A stretch of 58,980 nt of DNA from Candidatus Acidiferrales bacterium. Lineage in GTDB: Bacteria; Acidobacteriota; Terriglobia; Acidiferrales; UBA7541. Made by a program: the position numbers and the translations under genes. The stretch spans positions 1 through 58,980 of the forward strand of contig JBEKJW010000008.1 of assembly GCA_050011035.1 (NCBI GenBank), written 5' to 3'. Within the stretch, counting starts at the first letter, position 1. Every line of letters begins with the position of its first letter. The notes below the pieces were generated by a model, which was not told the DNA's origin, ran no database searches, and was given only the letters and a program-made list of their open reading frames with translations. This document shows, piece by piece, positions 8,989 to 15,658 of the stretch.

Positions 8989-10992
8989 CTACGGCAGGTA
9001 GTAGCGGAACGACGTGAACCACATCGGCTCGGAGACCGTCGGCTGACCGGACAGACCGTAGCCGGTCGGCGACGTCGCGAGACCCACGCCACTCCAGGTG
9101 TTGCGAACGACGTAGGAGCCTTGCATACCGACAGCGACGGCGCCCTTGGGACCCTTGTAGAAGCGGTACCAGAAGCCAATCGTGCCTTCGAGCAGGTTGC
9201 GAGTGTCACCCGTGCAGTTTGCAAGTGCGCCCGGGATGTAGCCTGAGCTCGCGGTAGTGCCTGCCGGGACCGTGGTCGTAGGAGCGGTTTCCGTCCAGCA
9301 ACCGGAGTTGTTGAACAGGGGTGAACCGTAGCCTTCGCCCTTGGTGCCTACCATATACGCCGCACGGCTCGCATACTCGCCGCCCGCGTTCAGGTAGATG
9401 TCCAGCTTCGGCGTGGGGTGGAACTGGATCGTGCCGAGAGCCTGATAGTTGTGCAGCAAAGCGATAGAGCCGTCCGGCCGAATCGTTCCGTCGGCCAAAC
9501 CGCCGGTGCCGTAACGGCCAACGCCGCTGCCGCCAAGGAAGTGCACGCCGAGATCAACACGCTTGGAGAGCAAGCTCCAACGCGCATTGGCGCCGACGCC
9601 GCCACCGGTGCGCGAATCGTTGAAGGCGCCGACCGCGGAAGGAGCGGTGGAACCATCGATCGGGCAAGGAGTGGTCGCTGTGATTCCGACGACGCATGGG
9701 AAGATGCGATCGCGGAACTGCGAAACGATGCCGAACACTTCGTAGTGGCCGCCGAGGGCATCAAGCGCAGCCTTCACGATGATGTCCGGAGCGGAGTTGT
9801 ACGAATAGTTCGCCAGCGGGTTGTACAAACCACCGCTCGTGCCGGCTTGGCCGAGCAGGAAGTTGGTGTAGGTGGTGGTAGTACCGCCGACGACCGCAGT
9901 GCAAGGTTCAACGGGGCAGGTGGCGTTCGTTGGAACGAGCACGGTGGTAGTGCCGGTGGTAATCGTGCCGGTCGGATTGCCGTGGACAGTAAAGGTGGTC
10001 TGCGGCTCTTCGACAGCGAGGCCAAAGGTCAGCTTGTTGTCCCAGAAGCCCTTGGTGAAGCGCATCCCGTACTGGCGCGCCCAGCTGAAGCCGACCGTAT
10101 ATTGCGGGTCGATCGTGAGCGGGAGAGCTTCGGTACGGTTGTCCAGGCCCTTCGTGGTTTCCGTGACCAAGCTCCACATCTGGCCGCCGGTAACTGTGAA
10201 GCCGTTGTCGAATTTCGCCTGGCCCCAGAACTGGCGCTGACGAAACACGTAGCTGTTGCTGGAGTTGTCGTTGGACGCGCTACCGACCCCGAGGAAATCA
10301 CCTTCGTAGTAGCCGCCGATCGTGACGTTGCTCAGTTTGCCCTGAAACAACATTCCGATGCGCGACTGACGTCCGCTCGCATTGAATTCGCTGACGTTGC
10401 TCGCGGAAGTTCCGGGCAGTGGAACCGAGTTGAACGGCGTGTTAACGTCCGAACTGGTGGCCTTACCACGCCACACAGTTTCGGCCGCCGTGAAGCCGGT
10501 CGGAGTCATCGTAATGCCCTTGAAGTGGATCTGGTACGCGTCCTCGGTGCCCTGGCCCGCGCCCGCCATGGTCGTGTCGATGGGCATGGCGTTGTTGATG
10601 GCGATCGTGCGGCTCGCGGGAGCGGACATCGAAGAATCAGCGTTCTCGCCGGAAGCAGGACTCTTCGACGAGGACGAGTTGCTCAGCTCGGTCTCCATAA
10701 TCTGCATGCGCTGTTGCTGCAAACGGAGCTGCTGATTCTGTTCCTGCAGTTGCTTGGATTGAGCTTCGATTAGTTCGCGAAGTTGCTGAAGCTCACTCTC
10801 CAAGCTCGAGGGGGCTGCCGCAGGCGCTGCCGCAGGAGTTGCCGGCTTATCCGACGAGTTGGTGGTAGTGGTAGCGGACTTGGTATCGTCATTCGGCTTC
10901 GTTGACGAATCCTTGTCGCCTGACCCGGTCCCTGCCATCGCCGGTGCTGCAGCGAGACCAAGGGCCAAAAGCCATGTTGCAAATGCTCGCAT
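8989..10992 (-). CDS. Outer-membrane porin-like beta-barrel protein with N-terminal low-complexity and coiled-coil segment
   Basis: Signal peptide MRAFATWLLALGLAAAPAMA. Heptad-like ELQQLRELIEAQSKQLQEQNQQLRLQQQRMQIMETEL. The remaining ~500 aa are Gly/Thr/Tyr-rich with alternating beta-strand character. RBS AAGGAGGAAGG lies upstream. Confidence 0.7.
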   Translation of the reverse strand: MRAFATWLLALGLAAAPAMAGTGSGDKDSSTKPNDDTKSATTTTNSSDKPATPAAAPAAAPSSLESELQQLRELIEAQSKQLQEQNQQLRLQQQRMQIMETELSNSSSSKSPASGENADSSMSAPASRTIAINNAMPIDTTMAGAGQGTEDAYQIHFKGITMTPTGFTAAETVWRGKATSSDVNTPFNSVPLPGTSASNVSEFNASGRQSRIGMLFQGKLSNVTIGGYYEGDFLGVGSASNDNSSNSYVFRQRQFWGQAKFDNGFTVTGGQMWSLVTETTKGLDNRTEALPLTIDPQYTVGFSWARQYGMRFTKGFWDNKLTFGLAVEEPQTTFTVHGNPTGTITTGTTTVLVPTNATCPVEPCTAVVGGTTTTYTNFLLGQAGTSGGLYNPLANYSYNSAPDIIVKAALDALGGHYEVFGIVSQFRDRIFPCVVGITATTPCPIDGSTAPSAVGAFNDSRTGGGVGANARWSLLSKRVDLGVHFLGGSGVGRYGTGGLADGTIRPDGSIALLHNYQALGTIQFHPTPKLDIYLNAGGEYASRAAYMVGTKGEGYGSPLFNNSGCWTETAPTTTVPAGTTASSGYIPGALANCTGDTRNLLEGTIGFWYRFYKGPKGAVAVGMQGSYVVRNTWSGVGLATSPTGYGLSGQPTVSEPMWFTSFRYYLP

Positions 10993-11659
10993 TTCCCTTC
11001 CTCCTTAAATTGACTGCCATTCCCTGCGCACAACTCGCTACTGCGTCGGCCTTCGCCCGCTCCGGTTTCCGGTGCTCATCCACCCATGCTGTTGCGCGAA
11101 TTCAGAACACAGGCTTGCGACTTGCGTGATCTCAAACAAGCTTCACAACGTTACGGCTTACGACCCAAACCGGCTGTCCATACCCCACCGTTCGCACGCG
11201 TTGCTGCGTCACTGTGGCCCCAAAGTGCAAGCACCTTAAGAGCAGGGTTTGAACTCCCCGTGACGGCAATGTGAATTGTGCGTTACAACGCAAAACAAAC
11301 AGGGGAAGAGGGTTAGAGTTCGTTAAGGTGCCAATCTGAAGCGTTGTAACAATTGCCACCCGGTGCGGGGTGCGGACCCTGAGCTTCGCTGTTTTTTCTC
11401 CTTTTGTTCGTCGACCAGCGCCTTAAGTTGCGCCGAATGTTGTTAAGGTCGATAAATTCGCTTTCGCGTCCGCGAAATCCACCGGCGGATGGACACTCAG
11501 CGGGCTCGAAGGACATCGAGAACGAAAAAACTCTGCCGCGAGACGATTTAGTTCAAACGGAAAACGAACGTGCGAGAGGGACTACGAGGTCAGCAACAAC
11601 AACACGACTGAGGGAACAGATTCATCGCGCAGAAGATTAGCGACGAACAGGGTGGAGCG

Positions 11660-12157
11660 TCAACCTTTATCCGCAGCGGCAGTGCCGGGGCTAGCGGGAG
11701 CCGCAGCCACCGAAGGCATAATCCTGCGAAACGGTCGGATGCTGAAGAAGCGAAACCGACAGGGGTCGCAACGGTAAGCCGGAAAGCCGAGCCAGCGTTT
11801 CACTGTTATCAGGGTGCCGGTTTCGACGCGCTCGCGGGAAATGTGTTCCAGGTCGAAGTTGCCGCAACGTGGGCAGTGCGCGTTGAAGGAAAATGCGGCA
11901 GCAACTTTCCAGCCGTAGAAGCGTTCCTCGCACATCATGCAGCGCCACGGACGGAGGCTGGTGGTGCTGGCGATGAAGTCGAGTACACCCCCGCGATGCG
12001 ACCGGTAGCACTCAACACTTCGACAACGCGGACAAATCATCGAGCCCCGTTCGCATCCCTGGAAAGAGCGCAGCATATCGAAATTGGCGGAGCGGAGCAA
12101 GTTGCCCCGAGATACCCCGCGATGCCGCCTCGTGTCATTACCGCAACACCGCGCCAT
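11660..12157 (-). CDS. Hypothetical Cys-rich protein with two predicted zinc ribbons (start uncertain; M28 or M40 of the ORF likely)
   Basis: Four CxxC pairs in two sets: CPRC...CMMC and CPRC...CDPC. No recognised family. Confidence 0.5.
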   Translation of the reverse strand: MARCCGNDTRRHRGVSRGNLLRSANFDMLRSFQGCERGSMICPRCRSVECYRSHRGGVLDFIASTTSLRPWRCMMCEERFYGWKVAAAFSFNAHCPRCGNFDLEHISRERVETGTLITVKRWLGFPAYRCDPCRFRFFSIRPFRRIMPSVAAAPASPGTAAADKG

Positions 12158-12237
12158 ATAGGATAGACTTCAAAGAATGAGTCGGCCATAATCCGCCGTA
12201 GTTTTTTGAGCGGTGAGGCCGCGCTGAAGGAGGCTTG

Positions 12238-13125
12238 ATGAGTTCGACCCCGAACCTGCCGGGCGAAGACGTACCGGTGGTGGTAGAGAGCGGCTCGTTG
12301 CCGCGTTGGGTGAGTTTGCTATTTGCGGTGGCGTTTGCGCTGGTTGCGTACCTGCTGTACGCGGGATACACCGAGCGCGAAGCAGCAAAGAAGGGATTGG
12401 CGGACGCGGATCACAAGACCCAAGCGCTGGCCGCGGAACTGGACAAGACGAATACGCGGATCGCGGATTTGAAGGGCCAGTTGGACGTGACGTCGCAAAA
12501 GCTGGGCTTGACCCAGGATGAACTGGCGCGAGCGCGCACGCTCTCCGAGAACATCAAGCGCGACCAGCTACGCAGCGACAAAGCCCTTAAGGAACAGATT
12601 GGCCAAGTGGAAGCCGACGCTTCGACCAAGATCGGCGAGGTTTCGACGGAAATCACGAAGACGAATACGGACGTGGCCAGCACCAAGGCCGACCTCGAGA
12701 CCACCAAGACCAAGCTGCAGAGCACGATTGGCGATTTGGGCGTGCAGAGCGGCTTGATAGCGCGCAACCACGACGAAGTGGAAGAACTGAAGCGGCGTGG
12801 CGAACGCGACATTTTCGAGTTCGATCTGGTGAAGTCGAACAACGCACAGCACGTCGGTCCGATTCAGGTGCAACTGAAGAAGGTCGACACGAAGAAATAC
12901 AAGTACACGATGAACGTGATCGCCGACGACAAGAGCATCGAGAAGAAGGACAAGACGGTCGGCGAACCGATCCAGTTCTACGTGATCGGCGCGCGCCAAC
13001 CATACGAAATCGTTGTGTTCACGCTCAACAAGGACGAGGCGAAGGGCTACCTCAGCACGCCTAAGGCGGGCGCCTCGGCGCCCGGTTCGAGCGGCGGCAC
13101 TCCGGCTCCGTCTGGCACGAACTAA
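12238..13125 (+). CDS. Membrane-anchored coiled-coil protein, hypothetical
   Basis: ATG at 12238 lies 4 nt after GAAGGAGG. One TM helix (WVSLLFAVAFALVAYLLYAGY), ~150 aa of coiled-coil-like sequence, a C-terminal ~100-aa globular part and a Gly/Ser/Pro tail. Confidence 0.7.
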   Translation: MSSTPNLPGEDVPVVVESGSLPRWVSLLFAVAFALVAYLLYAGYTEREAAKKGLADADHKTQALAAELDKTNTRIADLKGQLDVTSQKLGLTQDELARARTLSENIKRDQLRSDKALKEQIGQVEADASTKIGEVSTEITKTNTDVASTKADLETTKTKLQSTIGDLGVQSGLIARNHDEVEELKRRGERDIFEFDLVKSNNAQHVGPIQVQLKKVDTKKYKYTMNVIADDKSIEKKDKTVGEPIQFYVIGARQPYEIVVFTLNKDEAKGYLSTPKAGASAPGSSGGTPAPSGTN

Positions 13126-13143
13126 GTTGTAGTAGCGAATCTT

Positions 13144-13195
13144 AAGAGAGCGGGGTTCGGAGCGATTGGCCGGAGCCGCTCTCTTGTTTTTCTTC
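13144..13195 (+). terminator. Probable Rho-independent terminator
   Basis: AAGAGAGCGG - 22 nt - CCGCTCTCTT (perfect 10-bp stem) followed by GTTTTTCTTC. Confidence 0.55.
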
Positions 13196-13205
13196 AATTC
13201 ACGTT

Positions 13206-14294
13206 GTGAGAGCGCCCCTGCATCGAATCGTTCCCGCTTCGCATTCGCCTCGACCGGCACGAAATTCCTTTCGATTTAATTTTTGGCGCTTGATCGGTGT
13301 GCTTGCGTTAGGCGTGTTGAGTGCTGCATTCGCCTTTGCCGGAACGCTGACAACTGCTCATGGAAAACAGCAGCAGGCGATTCAGGCGCGGACGGAGATC
13401 GTGCGCGTTGTAGTGAGCGTGATGAACCCGTCGGGCGATTTCGTCGGTGGCCTCACGCAAAAAGATTTTCGTGTGCTCGATCGTGGCACGGATGCGCCCG
13501 TGCTCTCATTCGCGCCGGACGACGCGCCCGCGAAAGTTGTGGTGATGATCGAAACGAGCCCCGCGGTCTATCTGATCCAAAATCAGCATCTCGCAGGAGC
13601 ATCTGCGCTGCTCGAAGGGCTCGCGCCGTACGACGAGGTCGCATTGGTAGCGTATGACGATGGACCGCGCGGGCTCATCGATTTCACTTCGGACAAATCG
13701 TCACTCGGGACGGCGATTCGCCAACTGCAGTACGTGCTTGGCACGGGAGAACTCAATTTCTTCATTTCCGTGGCGGACGTGATCGACCGGATCGCGCCGA
13801 TCACCGACAAAAAAGCGCTCGTGCTGCTGACGACCGGCCTCGATTCGTCTCCCCGGTCGAACTGGAGCGCGCTGACGGCACGGCTGCGCGCGCAGGACGA
13901 CGTGATTTTTCCGGTGGCGCTCGGCGGCAGCCTGCGCACCGCGCAACCCGACAAGAAAAAGAAGCCCGCGCCTGGGGAACCGCGAAATCCCCTGAGCTTC
14001 GCGCAATCGACTGCCGATTTGCAGGCGCTTGCGACGATGACGGGCGGACGCGCGTTTTTCCCGGAGTCGGCGGACGATTTTGTACCAGCCTACCGCCAGA
14101 TCGCCGCGGCGCTGCGGCACGAATACGTGTTGGGCATCGCGCCCCAGCACGACGGGAAATTTCATCTGCTTGAGGTTCAGCTCGTGGGTCCGGACGGGCA
14201 GCCGCTCGCGACCGACGCAAAAAATCCTGCGCCAAGAATCTTTGCGCGCGAGGGATACCAGGCGCCGGCGGAATCGCCGTCACCAGCGCCTTGA
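13206..14294 (+). CDS. VWA-domain protein of the Acidobacterial VWFA-related type
   Basis: N-terminal signal/anchor. The pattern RTEIVRVVVSVMNPSGDFVGGLTQKDFRVLDRGTDAPVLSF..PAKVVVMIETSPAV matches what I remember of the TIGRFAM family 'VWFA-related Acidobacterial domain'. The exact start is uncertain. Confidence 0.78.
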   Translation: MRAPLHRIVPASHSPRPARNSFRFNFWRLIGVLALGVLSAAFAFAGTLTTAHGKQQQAIQARTEIVRVVVSVMNPSGDFVGGLTQKDFRVLDRGTDAPVLSFAPDDAPAKVVVMIETSPAVYLIQNQHLAGASALLEGLAPYDEVALVAYDDGPRGLIDFTSDKSSLGTAIRQLQYVLGTGELNFFISVADVIDRIAPITDKKALVLLTTGLDSSPRSNWSALTARLRAQDDVIFPVALGGSLRTAQPDKKKKPAPGEPRNPLSFAQSTADLQALATMTGGRAFFPESADDFVPAYRQIAAALRHEYVLGIAPQHDGKFHLLEVQLVGPDGQPLATDAKNPAPRIFAREGYQAPAESPSPAP

Positions 14295-14391
14295 AAATTG
14301 CGGGCCACGCATTCCTGGCGTGACGCATCTCTTGATGGGCTTATAATCCTTGGCTGGCCAAGCTTCGAAAATGGCGCCGTCAGGAGAATTG

Positions 14392-15642
14392 ATGAAACTG
14401 CGCGTTCCCTACTTCCTCGTTGCCATCATTTTGCCGATCACGCTCGGAACGACGGCGCGCCAACAAGCACCGCAGGGGCAGCAAGGTCAGCCGCAACAAG
14501 CTCCTGCCGCGCAAGCGCCGGCCGTCGCAGATCCGAGCGCGATTCGTTACTCTTTCGGCGGCAACGCGTCCCAGATACCGGCGACGTTCCTGAACAATCT
14601 GATTTTCATTCCCATGCAACTGAATGGCGGGACGCCGGGATTTTTTCTGTTGGATTCGTCCGCCGAAGTCACAAGCATCGAGCCGGGCGCGGCTCCGGGA
14701 GCGACGGGCAACGCACTCACGTATGCGGTGCTGAAAATGCCGGGTGTTCAGGTGCCGATGGTGACGCTGCCGGTGATTGCGCATCCGAAATTTGCCGAGC
14801 AATTCGGCCAGAACGTGCGCGGCGTGCTGGGGCGCGATTTTCTCTCACGGACGGTGGTGGAGATCAACTACAACCGCCAGACGCTGCAGATTTACGATCC
14901 CGCTTCGTTCACGTATTCGGGACAGGGGACAAGTTTCCCGGTGACGATGACGCCCGCGGGACCGGCAGTGCGCGCTAAATTCGAAATTTCAGGGCACAAG
15001 GCGTTCGAAGCGCAGTTCGCGGTCGATACAGCGGTTGATTACTCGTTCCTTTTCTCGCGCGCATTCACCGATTCGCAGAAAATTTCGGCAGCGCATTTCC
15101 ATTCACAGGAAGCGAGCGATCCCCAGGTCGATGACGGCGCGAAAATCTTTCTGGGGCGCGTGCGGGCGTTCGAGCTGAAGCCGTACACGATCGAAAACTC
15201 CGTCGGCGCGTTCTCCCAGCAGAATCTGAAAGGCGTGAAGGACTCGAAGATCGCCGGCGCGATTGGAGGCGGATTTCTGCGGCGGTTCAATGTGATTTTC
15301 GATCTGCCTCACCAGCGCGTAATTCTGGAGCCGAATCTGCAGATCAACACGCTGGAAGACGCGGACATGAGCGGCCTTGCGATCGTCGCGAAGGGCAACA
15401 ACCTGCGCACGTTTGAAGTGGTGGGGGTGCAGAAAGGAACTCCCGGACACGACGCAGGGATTCAGGTGGGCGACGTGATTTCCGGCATCGACGACGAGCC
15501 TGCGGCGGATTACACGCTTACGGAACTTCGCGCCGCGTTTGAAAAGACGGGAAACGAGACCGCAGGCCACTCGTACAAGTTGCTGGTCGAGCGCAACGGA
15601 CAGACTCTGACGCTCAAGATGAAGATGCGGCGGCTGATCTGA
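14392..15642 (+). CDS. Secreted protease with two retropepsin-like aspartyl-protease lobes and a C-terminal PDZ domain
   Basis: ATG at 14392 follows a GGAG RBS. Lobe 1: FFLLDSSAEV...GVLGRDFL. Lobe 2: FAVDTAVDYS...GAIGGGFLRRF. PDZ: GLAIVAKGNNLRTFEVVGVQKGTPGHDAGIQVGDVISGID. Confidence 0.8.
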   Translation: MKLRVPYFLVAIILPITLGTTARQQAPQGQQGQPQQAPAAQAPAVADPSAIRYSFGGNASQIPATFLNNLIFIPMQLNGGTPGFFLLDSSAEVTSIEPGAAPGATGNALTYAVLKMPGVQVPMVTLPVIAHPKFAEQFGQNVRGVLGRDFLSRTVVEINYNRQTLQIYDPASFTYSGQGTSFPVTMTPAGPAVRAKFEISGHKAFEAQFAVDTAVDYSFLFSRAFTDSQKISAAHFHSQEASDPQVDDGAKIFLGRVRAFELKPYTIENSVGAFSQQNLKGVKDSKIAGAIGGGFLRRFNVIFDLPHQRVILEPNLQINTLEDADMSGLAIVAKGNNLRTFEVVGVQKGTPGHDAGIQVGDVISGIDDEPAADYTLTELRAAFEKTGNETAGHSYKLLVERNGQTLTLKMKMRRLI

Positions 15643-15658
15643 CGAGTGATACGGCGCG

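Noticed and set aside
9418-10773. 451-aa + strand ORF antisense to the porin-like gene
   Set aside because: Arg/Ala/Gly-dominated composition and no motifs. The minus frame has a signal peptide, an RBS, a terminator and a coherent domain structure.
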